A stretch of 64,000 nt of DNA, taken from assembly GCF_004010195.1 (NCBI RefSeq), contig NC_057721.1, positions 22,378,315 through 22,442,314 of the forward strand, in the 5' to 3' direction. Within the stretch, counting starts at the first letter, position 1, and each line of letters opens with the position of its first letter. The position numbers and the translations under genes were made by a program. This DNA comes from Chiloscyllium plagiosum. Its lineage: Eukaryota. Below, piece by piece: positions 37,721-51,623 of the stretch. A model generated the notes under the pieces. That model saw only the letters and a program-made list of their open reading frames with translations. It did not search any database and had not been told where the DNA came from.

Positions 37721-39185
37721 CGAGATTGTGAGGTTTAAGAAGATTCCAATAGTGATGAAATACAGATTGTGCATCAGAGGGAAAAGAGGTCAGGCAATAT
37801 GTCTGTCAAAGCTTGAAGGGAATTGAGAGGAAGATATTTGAATTGTGATGGTGCAGATGGGGTGCAAATATTTCCAAGGACTACGTTCTGGGATTCTTAC
37901 CTGAATAGGTCATGATGTGACATTTGGTGTTCCAGCCAAGTTTGGAGCTGGGCTTCTGCCAGTTATCTCTTTAGATACATGTTCTCACTGTCTTTGGAGG
38001 TTTTGGCTGTAAGGTTTTCTACCCTCTGAAGGGAATAAACATCTCCTTCCTCCTGTTCACTGCTTGTGGATAGTTTTGAAAAGCTGCTTCAGTTTACTCG
38101 ACAACACCTGCATCCATTTTTGCTGAAAAATCTTTTTCTGCAATCAACGCAGTTCCCCTTATAAAGGGCGAGATCAAAACTTGTCTGAGGTTGAGTAGAA
38201 ACTGGAGGGGTTCCTTGCACCTCTGTTTCTGCTCTGCTACATTTCTTATATCACGAAAGGTGAAACTAGAAATCACACGTTGCTCGCCCTTGATGTTAAA
38301 AGCTAAACTTATCCCTAGCTTTCACTCGATATTCAGAAAAAGGCCATGATCCCTACGATACTACAGAGAATTCGAGACGAGCAGGACACAGGTTATCTTT
38401 CAAGGTCTAAGCAACACCCACATTTTCGTATCCTTCCAAACAGATGTGGAGGTTATGAACAGCACACAAGCATGAACACCAAGTTGTCTGTGTGATCTTA
38501 TGCAGGGGAGGTTGCACTGTCTTAACTGCCCACCCATATAATTATTTTCAATCAAATCATGAGGCTGCAGCATTTTTCCTTAAGTAGTTGGAAAGGCTTA
38601 ACGTGCATGCAATAAATGCACAGCTGTAGCAGAAGACACAGAGCATTATGACGTCAGTGTAAAATATGTTTCTTTCTCAAATGCCATCTGTTGTGAATTA
38701 TCACATTGTATCTGTAAAGCATAAAAATATTCCAGGAAGATGATACCACCACATGTGGTCTAATTTAACTTACTCATGAGCAAGCTGAACTTGATTTGAT
38801 GAATACTTTAAGAAATTTAACACAGATATTAAAAAAATGATGTGAAATATTTTCTGCACAGCCCCTAAAAGAAATTCATGGCTCAACTGGAAACTCACCA
38901 TATCAGGTCTTAGTTTATTTCCCAGTGGTCTCACGTACCATTCACCTATGGAAGATTCAGGTTTTCAAAATAATAAACAAAAAAAAATTCTAAATTCTGA
39001 GATTCTGTGAACAAATTCTAATGCTTTTGGTCCTAAAAGCCCTTCTCTGGTGACTGACCACAAAGTATTTAAACATCAGCCTCCACTAAACTCACAATAA
39101 TGTCCGTACTGTAAGCATAGCACGATAAAGGAACTAGGCCATAAAGCTCAGTATTGATTTTGTTTTGATTCCTTCCTGTTTACAG

Positions 39186-39290
39186 TTAGTTGTGAATCCT
39201 CAGTCTACGCTTGAAGTACCTTTTCAATTCTCTCCGTCAACACTGGGAAAAAACGATCATTGTGCAACTATTATCTTTAAGTGTTCTCAG
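39186..39290 (+). CDS. CFAP47: CFAP47-like exon D (LVVNPQSTLEVPFQFSPSTLGKNDHCATIIFKCSQ)
   Basis: Polypyrimidine tract then tttacag|TTA, donor CAG|gtatgt; 105 nt, phase 0/0. Resembles 'P.ST.E.P..F.PS.LG..DH.A.I.F.C.Q'. Confidence 0.9.
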
Positions 39291-42179
39291 GTATGTACTC
39301 TCATTTCTCATCATCATCTATAATTAATGATCGGAGGAAGGGTTAAGAGAAACTAAAAGCAAGAGAGATCTGTGTTATACAAGATGAGTCTCAAAAGGTT
39401 CATATTTAGTGATGTGAGGATGCAGCAAAAACATAGGTAGCATTAGGATAAAAAGAAAAGCTGTTGGAAATCAGAATAACAGAGAATGTTCCAAACAAAA
39501 CATCATCAATTTGCAGCATTAACCCTGCCTTTCTCCACAAATGTTTCCTGCCTTATTAAGTACAAAATTTTCAATTTTATGCTATATTTGTCTATAATAT
39601 TTATATGATCCAGTAAGTCCAAAAAAAGCACTGTGGTGTCCTTATCCAAGATCTTCATTCAGCCTTATCTAGAATTCTATATCCAGTTTCGTTCCTTTGT
39701 ATGATGGGTGCTTTAGAATCTCTGGAAAGTTTCAGAATAGTCCGTCTAACTTATTATGCAGTTTTAAAACTGCTGGTTTCCATATGAATCTAGCAAGTCT
39801 TGCGAAACACTGTATCATGCTGTATATGAGATTAAGTCCTTTTTCCTTCATCCTTCTCACATAGATTTCTATTTATTTTCATTTAAAAAAAATGTTTCTC
39901 TGAACAAGTTTCAACTCTCAAAGGTCACAAACATGGACAAAAATGAACTCAGATCTCTAGATCATGAAGTCATGTTACTCTGAAGAACTGTGTTCACTAA
40001 AATGCAGCAAAATTTCAGAATGAAGTAACTTTGTGTCTGCTATCAGTGTCAGAACGTTACTTGCTCAAGTTCCTTGTGGAACTTCCTAAACACTGGGGGC
40101 TGTTGGGACAGCTTTTCTCAATGGTTCCCCTTAATGATTGTTTTGGTTTTCAGGCATTCCATTTCAAAAAAAGTTTAATGAGAACTATTATAACTACTGT
40201 TACTGCTTTAAAACCTATTTGGTTCACTCATGACTTTGAAGGAAGGAAAATCTGCTGTCCCAATCTGGTCTGGGTTGCATGTCACTCCAGATCAACAGAA
40301 TCAACAGATTCTTAACTGCCCTCTGAATTGGCCTAGAGAGTCACTCAGTTCAAGGGAACTAGGAATGGGCAACAAATATTGGTCTTGCCAAAAAATGCTT
40401 ACATCTTGTGCAAATAAAATTATCCTCAACCTCCTTTATTAGGAATCACATACAACATTACCTTCTGTACTTGTGTTGATGCATACAGCATTTGGACTCA
40501 CCCAGAAGCAGAATTAGAAGAATTCATCGATATTCTCAATTTATCAATCTAAATTTAAAGCCAAATTTCCCCAACAAAATGTTAATTTCCTGAAGACCAC
40601 AGAATTTAAATTGACATAAGGCAAGAAGCATATGTTACCAAATGGTTCTTTCAAAATAACTGAAATTCTTTTGCATAAAAATGGAACCATTATGAGCACA
40701 CCTTTCACAAAACTGGGTGAGGTTGCTGCCAATGTATTTCCATCATATATTCATGAGGCTGAAATATGTTAAACAGACCATTACTACTCTTTCTACTGCA
40801 TCTCAGATCTCATTCTCATATTTACATTTAACAACATTATTCATTACAATAATATTTGCTACAATCTTCCCCATGCAGCCATTCATGAATATATGCAGCT
40901 TTAGGCTAGAGATAATCCATTCATTTGCAAATCATTCATTACCTCTGTGATTTTATGTTTTCCTAGTTAGCTCGGTGTTCCTTTGCCGCCTCTTTTCCTG
41001 TATTGAAGCCTGCCTCCCACATCTAGAAGCCTCCCTCTGTCTCTGAGCTCCTTTGAGTCCTTCTCTATTCCAGACCTGCTACAGAAATCCCCTCTCTCTC
41101 AAATTTGCCTTTTACCTTCCCTCTTCCTCCCAGTTCACATGTAACCTCATCCCTGCACCCTCATCATTTCTCTCTTAGCCCCTTGATTGACTCCTCATTT
41201 TCCTCCCAGTCCCCTTGCCACCTTCCTACCTCTCCCCACCCTATTGCAGGTTCCCTGTCTCCCCCTCCCTCAGCCTGCTGAAGCCCCCGATCTCACAACA
41301 GATTTTCCTATGACTCCCCCTGTTTGGCCCCTTTGTGTTTGTGTTATATCAGCCCCATCCACTTGCTGCACAATCTAGCTCCCCAGAGCCCCCTTGTACT
41401 TCCCATGTCTATCTTCTGTCCCATTGTATCTTCCTGTGTCATCAAATATCCCTTGTGCCATCTCCGTGTTCATTGTTAGTTCCCTTCCTACAGTCTCCCT
41501 GCCCCTTTGTTTTTCCAAGTCCCTTTGCTGTCTTCTTGTGTCCCGACAGATCCCTTGTGGTTCCATAGTGCGTTCCTGCCAATATCCTTATGGAGGCCCC
41601 ATCTCCTGGCAGATCCTATAGCCACCACCCTCTTCTTTTCCCCCACACTCCAAAAAAAAAGCTACTAAAAGGATTAAACACAGCCCTTCAATGCCCCACA
41701 CAGCATTGACAAAAAAAATGCATTCCCCACTCCTGGACATCATCCTTTGCCAGCACCCAGGACCTCGCTGTTAATGGGACCTCACTTCCTTCCCAAGCGA
41801 CATGGTTTCCCTCTTGCATTTAGTTATGGTCCAGACTTAGACTGGAGGACTGGCTCCTTGCCCTTTCCTCTGCAGACATTTGGGGTTGGATCTGTCATGC
41901 CCCATGTATTTTGATCATTGGTGGATGGGTTTAGAACTTTGTGTTCCAAACAGAGTAGCTTCCTATAGTGTTTCAGTTATAGCATTGAAGTAAGCTGGGA
42001 TTATACCTTGCCTTCTGACACACATTGGAGTGGATCTTAAGGAAGCAGACTGGTGAGTCTTCTTTGAAGAGCCAGTAATATCCATGATAGTATTCTTAGC
42101 CCACTAATGCCCTTCCAGTTTCAGATTTTGACATGATACTGGTCAATGTTATCATGAACCTGTTTTAACAGAAGAAAAG

Positions 42180-42521
42180 CAACAGCAATTTTATATCCAG
42201 CGAGCTGTCACAGACAGAAATGTGATAATGACTAGATCATGTATTTTCATGGTGTTCGTAGATGGTTAAATATTGCTCAGGAGACCTAGGACAAGTCTCC
42301 CTTTCTTCTTTTCCAAAGTACTGTCACGGGACCTTGTATGTCCATCAAAGAAAGTAAATGAGGTCTCAGCTTAACATTTCATCCAAAGGAAGCCCCCTCT
42401 GACTGTCTGCACTCCCCTGGTACGGAAGTGGAGTGTCAGCTTAGAACTTTTTTTAAGTTTCCAGTATGGGACTTGAATCCACAATCTTTAGATTCTGAGG
42501 CACTTGAGCCACAGCTGACAC
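42180..42521 (-). mobile_element. DeuSINE-superfamily SINE (SacSINE1/AmnSINE-like)
   Basis: Minus strand has a tRNA-like head (ggattcaagtccc) then Deu-domain-like ggggagtgcagacagtcagaggg...ggatgaaatgttaagctgagacc...gatctagtcattatcacatt. Confidence 0.7.
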
Positions 42522-42869
42522 CAGGCAAGTATGATATGTGCATTGGATTAGTTGCTACACTTACCTTGTCCACCCTTATAGAATGTACATGGAATTGAAA
42601 TGCATTCAAGTATATTTCTTCAGTCTCCATACTTGACGGGAAAATTTACCTGAATCTTTAAGACAATAAGCATCTTTTTAATTTAGTTCTTTGTGCAGAT
42701 TTCTTTTATTCTGCTGGCCAGTTGCTAACATTGGAGCTTCCAATCTGCTTCCTGTTTATTGAGCATTATGAATCACTAATTACAAATGGCTTGAAACTTC
42801 TGTTCTAAGTCAGTGAACAGTTATTTGCATATTTTGTATGCGGCTAACAGTTTTACACTCCTTCAACAG

Positions 42870-43026
42870 TTCGAAGAGTGGACATTTCATTTGTCAGGAG
42901 TAGGCTTGCTTCCGCAGCAGATGGACCCTGTCAGTGTCAGTGCATGTGTCAACTCTCATGCATCAGTTATTGTGCCTTTTGAGAATCCAACTAATGAGTT
43001 CCTTCTGGTGGATGTGCTGATGACAG
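42870..43026 (+). CDS. CFAP47: CFAP47-like exon E (FEEWTFHLSGVGLLPQQMDPVSVSACVNSHASVIVPFENPTNEFLLVDVLMT-G)
   Basis: Acceptor caacag|TTC, donor CAG|gtgatg; 157 nt, phase 0/1. Resembles 'F.EW.F.LSGVGL.PQ.....IPF.NPT.E..L.D..LT'. Confidence 0.9.
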
Positions 43027-44254
43027 GTGATGACCTCAATTTAGAGTATTGTTTGTTTTATTGAATGTTCATTGGTGTTAAGTAATTATCAAATGGTTTT
43101 TAGCCATTAGTAGCTAGTAACTGTAGCTGAGCACATTTTTAAGATACATGAGTTTGCAAACCATGCTAGAGTTAAATATTAAATATTTCACACTCTTAAA
43201 TACTTCAATTTTTTTTTTCAAATAGATGAATAATTTTTGTACCAAATATTCTGGTCTTCAGATCATCAAGCAAAGGTGGAAATCGGATCCTTTGGAGGTC
43301 CTGATGCATGAACACGGTGGGGGGGGGTAAACCCAGGAAATGTGAACTTCCAGTAGACAATTCCCTTCTCCCCATGACCCTCTGTGAAAGTCTCTGAGTT
43401 ACAATTGAAGACTTTGGAAAGTTTAACATTACTTACCTGGATTGTTACTTTGGGACATAGTACTCGGAGGGTGCTGTGTATTCCTGATCTGGTTGTGGTC
43501 TCAAATCCCAGTTTCTTGTGTAACCCCACAACTCTTGACTCCCTTATCTGTCAAAGATCTTTCTAACTCAGCCTTGAATAAGTCAAATGACCCCAAGCTT
43601 GCACTGTCTCTGGTGAATTCCATAGAGTAATGACACTGAGAGGGAGAAAAAAAACTTACATCTTTGTTTTAAAAGATAGATATCCTTGACAAAACTTTCT
43701 ATTCCCCGCCATGCCAAGGAGAATGGCAGCTGTGGGAACTTAACCTGCTAGGAGGCAAAAAGATCACATTCTTGTTGAGAAAAACTTCAATTAAGTTCCA
43801 CCCCTACAGGTGACTGGTCATGTATGTTGCCTGCAGGCTGCAGGATGCCAATCTGTGTACATTTTCATCTAAGTAATACCATAAATTGCTTGAATTAAAT
43901 TCACGTTTCCAAATAACTTTAATCCCAATCAAGAAAGCCAACCACGTATAGGAGGCGGGTACCTGGTGAGCTGTACTCTTTCCTTCCTCTACCTTGGGGT
44001 ACAGTATATATGGCTTTAAACAATTATAGTTACTTGTGTCATGACTTATTCAAGTAAAGCTGACAGGTCTAAGCAGTTTGGGCGATCGCCGAGTGCAAAA
44101 GGTACAAAAGAAACAAGGGAGAGGGTACAGCTGATATCTGAACAGCACTGGTAGTGTGGTTGAGTGGTTGAAGGTGCTGGGTTTAAGCTTCAGTCTCTAT
44201 CAAGTTGTAGGCTCAAATTGCACTCGACTAAAATATCATCATACACTCAAGTCG

Positions 44255-44490
44255 ACAAGGCATGTGGCATTCCCTGCCATCATCAGTCAGAGCACTGAAT
44301 TTAAAAGTTGGCAAGTCATGCTGCAACTTTCTAATACTTTGGGCAGTTCACATTTAGACTGCAGTGTGAAGGTTTGAATGTTGTGCTATAGGAAGGATGG
44401 GAATGCTTTGGAGAGGCTGCGGAAGAGGTTTACCAGGACGTTACTTGGATTGGAGTGGATTAGCTGGAAGGAGAGGTTAAACAAACTGAG
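44255..44490 (+). mobile_element. CR1 fragment
   Basis: VMLQLSNTLGSSHLDC and YRKDGNALERLRKRFTRTLLGLE segments. Confidence 0.7.
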
Positions 44491-46411
44491 GGAACAGGAC
44501 AGCCCCCCCCCTCCTCCACCCCATGCAGGGTTGTTCCTGCCTTGCAGCATCTCAAGCGGTGTGCAACTGGACTTTAAAATGGGTGACAAAGACCGGAAGA
44601 TTTCGCTGGTGGCAAGCATTTTTGTCTCATTCACCATGAGGTTCCCTGAGAAACGTGATTAGCATCTCAATTACATAAATAATGAGGTCAAAAGCAGAAA
44701 ATTATGTGAGAGTATTTACCTTGGCCATGGTGGACTGAATGCCATGAAACTCATTTGCCACCATGCATCAATTACAAATGAGAAAATCTAGCCCTTTGTT
44801 CTAACTATATTATTGCAAGGTCCTGGAAGGTTGATTCTGCCTGTGGAATAGTGCTGTGGCATGTTGCCAGTGACTTCAGAAGAGTTTGCACAGAAACAAA
44901 ATTGCTGACAAAAAACTTCCACAAATACTGTATTCAAAGGTGCAAATATTCAGTTATAACAATAAGAGACAATATGAAAATCTTTGGGAAGAAGAAAGAG
45001 TGACTATCGAAACTGTACATTGGACTGAGTGCATTTTATTCTGAATCATCTTTTTCAGTTCCCAGCCCAATGACAGGTCCGACTCTCAAAATTACAACAA
45101 TGGCAAGGGTTGGGGGCCAAAGCCAACCCCAGCTGGATTGGGTCAAACCCTGGCTATTGATACAAATATGACGTCAACCATCTATTGAGCCAACCAAAAC
45201 AACAAGTCATCCAAGGAGCCTTGTTTGCAACATAATGCTTTACATTTAAGCATCAATAGATGGTGAAGAAATTTCAAAGAAACACACAATGTTTTGAGTA
45301 TGAATTCACTCTTCTTTGGAATCAATAGTCTTCAGACTTGAAACATTAACCCTATTTTTCTCTCCACAGATGTTGCCATACCTACTGAGTTTCTCCAGGA
45401 CATCCTATTTTCTTTCAGATTCTTACAGCTACAGTGTTTTACCTTTATTTTCTTGTATGCATATTATAGCCTGGAGCTATGGGTATTGGTAGAAAGTCCA
45501 ATTTTTTTTCATCACATGGCTGACTAGGAGTCTCTCCCATTTTTACTGCCTGTCATTGCCATGTATTAGAAGAATTTACACGATGATACTCAATCCATTT
45601 GGCTGTGTTATGAACATAAATTCATTGGATGGACTTGACCATCAAATCCTGGGTTTGGAATTAATGCTTTTGACATTGTGCTATCCACTGTGTCACAGAA
45701 TCTCCATTCTGAAAGTATTGCAAGGAATGACTTTAATCCAAAGCCATTCTGAATCATATTCATTTCCCCAAATTCCAAAGGACTATGTTTGGATTTTTGT
45801 CAATATTTCTTATTACAAATGTAATTAAGAGCTGGAAACAATTCTTGAAAGAACTAAGCCATGTGGGAACTGGATTTTTTAAATATTCATTAACAATGAT
45901 ACAACATACTCACAATGTTACTTTTTTTGTTAGTTGGCAAGGTCATGATAAAAATGCTACAAATATTATTGAGGTCATTGCACATCTAATTTGAATAATA
46001 AATAAAGAGGTAAACGTAATTATGTTGATTTAGAAGCACAAAATAATTCATTTGTGCAGAAACATCATTAAAAAATAACCATTTCTGTTTTTACATTGAC
46101 AATATTGCAGAAATGCTTATATTCAATTCAATTATTCAAATATGGATTGCACATGTATTTTCAATTGGACCAAATATCACACATCTTTTGTCAACCTGGA
46201 AGATTGCAGAATAACTGGTTTTCTTTTCTTTCTAAATAAAGTATTCTGTCTAGAATTCTGACTTGCATTGTAAAATATTCCACCGTATGCTAATTTATAG
46301 CTAATTTTGGTGTGATATAAGAGAAGAAAATACATTAGTGTCATTGATTCTTTTCTTTGAAATGAAGGTGAATTGTAAAAGCTTTTTAATCTCTAATCTG
46401 CATTTGTTCAG

Positions 46412-46507
46412 GTAGTGAACAGGTCATGCACCATCAGTGTCCTTCAGATCTGCTACAATGCTCAAACAAAGAGTCTGTTTTCTGCATTCCACTGAAGCAA
46501 AATCAAG
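46412..46507 (+). CDS. CFAP47: CFAP47-like exon F (G-SEQVMHHQCPSDLLQCSNKESVFCIPLKQNQ-G)
   Basis: Acceptor tttgttcag|GT, donor AAG|gtaatg; 96 nt, phase 1/1, open in the frame required by exon E. Peptide is less conserved, so support is mainly from phase and position. Confidence 0.7.
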
Positions 46508-47512
46508 GTAATGAATGGCCAAGTCTTCCAACAGCAGAGCAAATATTGTAATTTTCAAATCTACATGCGCTTCATACATGGCATCTGAAATTATTTAATT
46601 GTGTATCTATTTGTTAAGTAGCAGCACTCTGTGTCAAGCTATAATATTGAAAAAGCAAAACTCCATGCATATGGAAGTCTTCCAGCATGAACCAAAAATC
46701 ATAAAACTAGCTGTTCTGTTAATTATGCAAATTTAAAACATTTTTGCATGTTTAGCTTTATTGTTATAGTTTTGGCACTGTCATATTTCACACAGGTTTG
46801 ATTATAATCGTTTGTTGGTATAATGTGCTATGTCAAATTTAACTGAATGATCTTGTAGAATACCAGAGTAGTCTTAATGGATGAACATCCTACTCTTTGT
46901 TTCTACTTCTTATGTTCTATGTTCAAGTCCTACGTAAACCAGAGTACATATGTTTATTATTACAGGGTTATCGTACATTGAAAATGTGTATTTTCCCAAG
47001 GACAACTAAAGTTTGAATTGTCCAAATATCTATAAAAACTTCAATGGAGTTTTTATTAATCTATTGAACTTTTAAAATTATTACTAAGTTTCTTTGATAA
47101 AGATTGTGATCTTGCATAATGGTGTAAACATGGGTATAACAACAAGTATTCATGTAACACCTTTAATGTTGTAAAACACCCAAAGATGCTTCATAGAATG
47201 GTTATCAAACAAAATTTGTTACTGAACTGTATTCTGAGATATTCAGGTAAATGATCAAATGCTTAGTAAACAAGACATATTTTAAGGAATACAACTAGAG
47301 AAATTTAGGAAAGGAATTCCAGAGCTAAGGTCCTTGACAATTAAATTGCATAGCCACTACTGATGGAACAATTCAAGTTGGGCATGACTTCAACCTGATC
47401 TTGGTTTTGATCATCTGAAGGATGATAGTCTTATAGTTTTTTTTGGAATTGGAGAGGAATTTTATAGTGTTTGGATTTGGAATTTCCAACTTCCTCAAGA
47501 GTTTACATAGCT

Positions 47513-47535
47513 GGGGGGGGGGGGGGGGGGGGGGG
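47513..47535. repeat. Poly-G run
   Basis: About 23 consecutive G. Confidence 0.9.
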
Positions 47536-49789
47536 TGTGGATGGCATAGCGATGATTAAAGTCAGGGTAGGGAGGAAGTGTTTGGCAATGATGGTCCAGC
47601 CATCAAGCTATGGAGTTGGCTTAATTTATCAACAAGTATTTTCCTGGCTGTCACTTTTGTAATTTCATAACAAATGGCAATGATTACTCATGTTAAACAT
47701 TTCTGTTCTACATGCATGAATGTATGAGTATGCTAATTTCAGAAACAGTTGGATTTTGTGGTGAAGAGTGTGGGATCATTATGGATTGATGATGGTTTCT
47801 TTCTGTGTATTTATTATGTGATCTTGACAAACACTATCAAAGAATTCAGTGGCTATTTCATTATGGAGTTGGAATCTGAACTTGTGAATTCTGAAAATTA
47901 GGGAAAACATGACAGAATGAGTGAAAGAAGAACAAGTGAAGCAAAGGGACATTGAGGAAATAAACAAGAGAAAAACAAGATTATATAAGTATAGGATTCC
48001 TTGCCAAAATATTTTCTGTGCAGGTTGAATTAAATAATGCTAACAAAAAATAAATAGTTTAATTTATTCTTGTCAAAAATGGATAACATGACGACTTAAG
48101 TAGGATTTCAATCAGAAATTAGAAGAAAAAGATAAATGCTATACAATATAGCTTGAATGTTATTTTTGATATTTTGGATTAGATTTCCTTTGTGTTTGAA
48201 ATGGCTCTTTGTCCTTCACTATGTGGAAAAACATTCAACCATACTTCACAGCATGCTCAAAGTCCTTGTGAATTTCAGCTCTAATGTCAGAACTGAGTGC
48301 TCTTTTCAACAATGGAAGGAAATGAGCTCAGATACCTCCTCTCCCCACAATCCCTTTTCACACCCCAATACCCCAGCCCTCCCACATGTTTGTGTCCTGT
48401 ACCCCCATCCCATTCCCCATGTCCATACCCCTCGCTCCCTCTCCTGCATTCACATACCTCCATACTCCCTATACCCTAAATACCCCTATTTCCCCACCAA
48501 CTCCACTTTCTCCATGCCACAAATTGCATTCAGCTCCATGAGAATCTGACTGAAACAAAAATGACTGCATGAAGGAATGAGATCTTCTAAGGCAATGTTT
48601 TGGACTGGAATTCTGGTGGTTAGCTTTCCAACCCCATGATTGCTCCAAGAGAATCTGTACAGATGTGGATTCTAAATGCAAACTTAATTATTCTCCTGAA
48701 TACAATTTCTTCCCTTCAGCAGTTTTCCAACATTCAATGAAAATTGTGAATCATACTCAGTGATCTCCAGAGACTAGCAAGTTTCTGGTACTTGTGCTCT
48801 ATAGCCAACCTTCCTATGTTATCATTGAAAGCAGTTGGATCAGAGCATAGCTTGATTATGCCCCTCTTAGGCCAATCTCATGTTATTTCCCGTGGTGACC
48901 TTTCCAGAATATGGTAATAAAAATCTTAGCTGTAAAATGAAAAGCAATTTAAACCCTAAATGGAATCTAATATGTGTAGAATAAATGCTCTAATAGCTGA
49001 GAACTGCTGGGATTTCTGCTGAAATTAAGCTGATTTATTGGTATCTCCCTATTTGGAATTGTGGGCATGAATATTTTAGATTGAGTTTAGGTTGTTCTGA
49101 AATGGTAATTGTGCAGGTTTGAGGTAATGACTGGTGAGGAGAAAAAATATTTCGTGAGCTGGAGTATAGCTGTGGCTGCAGGCTGGTATGAGAGACCTGG
49201 CGCTGCAGCTGTATTCTCCCGTTCGCTGGAATGCTCAGTTTCGCAGGGACGAAGGTGATCTTTGTCTTGGACATCCATAGCGCTAATACTGCAGTGGAAG
49301 TTGTCATACAGGTGACAGCTCGTCAAGGTGATCCTTAACATCTTTTCAAGACTGTCTTGTAGGGAACATGCATCCATAGGTTTCAAAAAAGATAAAGAGC
49401 AAATTATGCTGGATACTGGATATTGGAAATAAGAACACTGAGTGCTGGAGAAACCAAACATGTCTGGCAGCATCTGTGGAGGGACTTGAGTGCAACTTAG
49501 AATATGGCGCCAAAGAAGTGATTAAATATGGTGAGGGGAGGAAGGGAAAGAAATGTTCTATTGCCTTTGCTTTTCCTAAATTGTTTTCAGCCTCAGCAAT
49601 TGATTCTTACTCTGCTGCAGGAAAAGAAGCTAGTTATGTGATAATTGATTGAGGTCTGTTCTATTTCCAAAGATTCAACATTGTGCAGCAACTTCTGGTA
49701 AGGCCAGTAAAATATGTAAAGTCATAACTAAATATCCAGTTGAACAAAATAATTTAACAGCTGCTTAGAACACATCAAGGATGATAGGT

Positions 49790-51090
49790 CAGGTTACGTA
49801 TCACGGTTGCAACAAGGGTGAGTTCTTGGATACCAGTTTGATCCAGAGCGAACACATCTGCAGCAAGTGTGTGCAAAGTTCAAGCAGCTTCAGATCAGAA
49901 TTTGAGCTGGAGTCTGAACCATAGACACTGCAACACTTGAAGAAGGGAGAAACTCGCCAAAATTCTTTGTTCCAAAGGGCAGTCATTCATCAAACTGAAA
50001 TAGATGAAGTGAAAAGGTAAGTTTTTAAAAAAGTTTGATGTGGAATTGAATCTGAATCTTGAAGGGTAAGGAAATTCACGAATGACAAACGGTGAAAGGT
50101 GAAGGGATGGTGATGCTAGTTATTGACAGGAAAAGGTAAAAGGTACTCAAGTTCAGGAAATCCAGATGTGGAAATAGTTGTGTCAAAATAAGAAATGATA
50201 ACGGCAAGAAGTTAGTTCAGGGAGTGGTGAACGGGCCTCTTAACAGTAACTATATAGTTGGGTGGAGCATAAAGGAAGAAATAATTAGAGTTTTTCATAA
50301 AGGCACAGCAGTAATCATGGGATCGACATTTAGATCTACATAGAGAAGACTTGTGGGCAAAAGATTACCTAAATGAGGACTCATAGAATGTTTTTGGGGT
50401 ACTTATTTGTACAAACATGTTTTGAGCCAATCAGAGAATGGACTAATAGATCTTATATTGTGCAATTAATCATCTCAGTGAAGTTGCCCTTTGGTAGCAG
50501 TGACCATAATGTGATTAAAATTTATGTTCACTTTGAGGGAGAGATGTGTGGGTCCAAGACTTTTGCTTTAAATTTAAATAAGGTTATTCTAAGGGCAGAG
50601 CTGGCTGAAATGAATTAGCGAAATAGATTAAGGATAGGTTAATAGAGATACAGTACCTCTCACTTACAATTTGAATACACAGAATGGATGCATTCTAGCA
50701 AGTAAGAAAATTCCAAGAAATGGCCTCAAAATTTGTGATGATTTGGAAATGTTAAACATAGTACGACATTAAAACGTTCCAGAAGCGATAATAAATCCGG
50801 AAATGGAAGGATGAGGCGGCCAGGAAAATTGCAATCACCAGAGACGGGGTACTGAATAAATTGTTGAAACTGTAGGCTGACAATTGTTAGTGGCTCGTGA
50901 GATAACTGATGAATTGGTTTTAAATTTCCAAAATCCCCTTGATTTGGGATGTGACATTAGATTAGAAGAGAGCAAGTATGATTACTTTATTCAAAAAAGG
51001 CAAGAGACAGAAAACAGGAAATACAGTTAGCTTATCATCTGTCACAGGGAAAAGGTTAGAAGCTATTATTAGAAGGAAGTTATAGTAGGG
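49790..51090 (+). mobile_element. Highly degraded CR1 ORF1/APE/RT fragments
   Basis: HICSKC-like zinc motif, PFGSSDHNVI (APE SDH motif) and a TLFKKGKRQKTGN-like RT start. Confidence 0.6.
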
Positions 51091-51623
51091 TGTTGGTTAG
51101 CTGAGCTGGCAGGATGGATGGTTTGCAATACCAACAGTGTGAATTCAACTCCTGCATTGGCTGAGGTTACCATGAAAGTCATTTTTTTCTTTCAACCTCT
51201 TCCCTTGCCTGAGGCATGGTGATTCTCAGGTTAAAACATCACTGGTGGTCTCTCTCTAATGAGCAACCCTATGGTCTGCATAGGACAATGGTGACTTTAG
51301 CTCATAGCAAGGTACAAGCGAACAAACTAAACTCAACATTAACTAAACATCAGGCAACTAACACAGAAATTGCTGAAAAGACGCCTACCCCTTCTTCACA
51401 TGACTAAAATCCCACATTATGCTTATGCATTATTTGCACTTTACTACAGAATTTTAATCTTAACAAGAAGTATTCTAAAATTAGTCCCAGCTTCCATATG
51501 GCTTGCTTCTGCACATTTCACTGAGTCATAACGTCCTTCAAAAGTAATTTATTTCATACTTCTGCAAATCCCTGAACCATCTTGCTCTCACCTCCAAGAC
51601 CTCTGAATCTGACTATCTGTGAG

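Noticed and set aside
51090-51300. Possible additional tRNA-derived SINE
   Set aside because: Single diverged copy with only weak box A/B resemblance; the family cannot be supported from this window.
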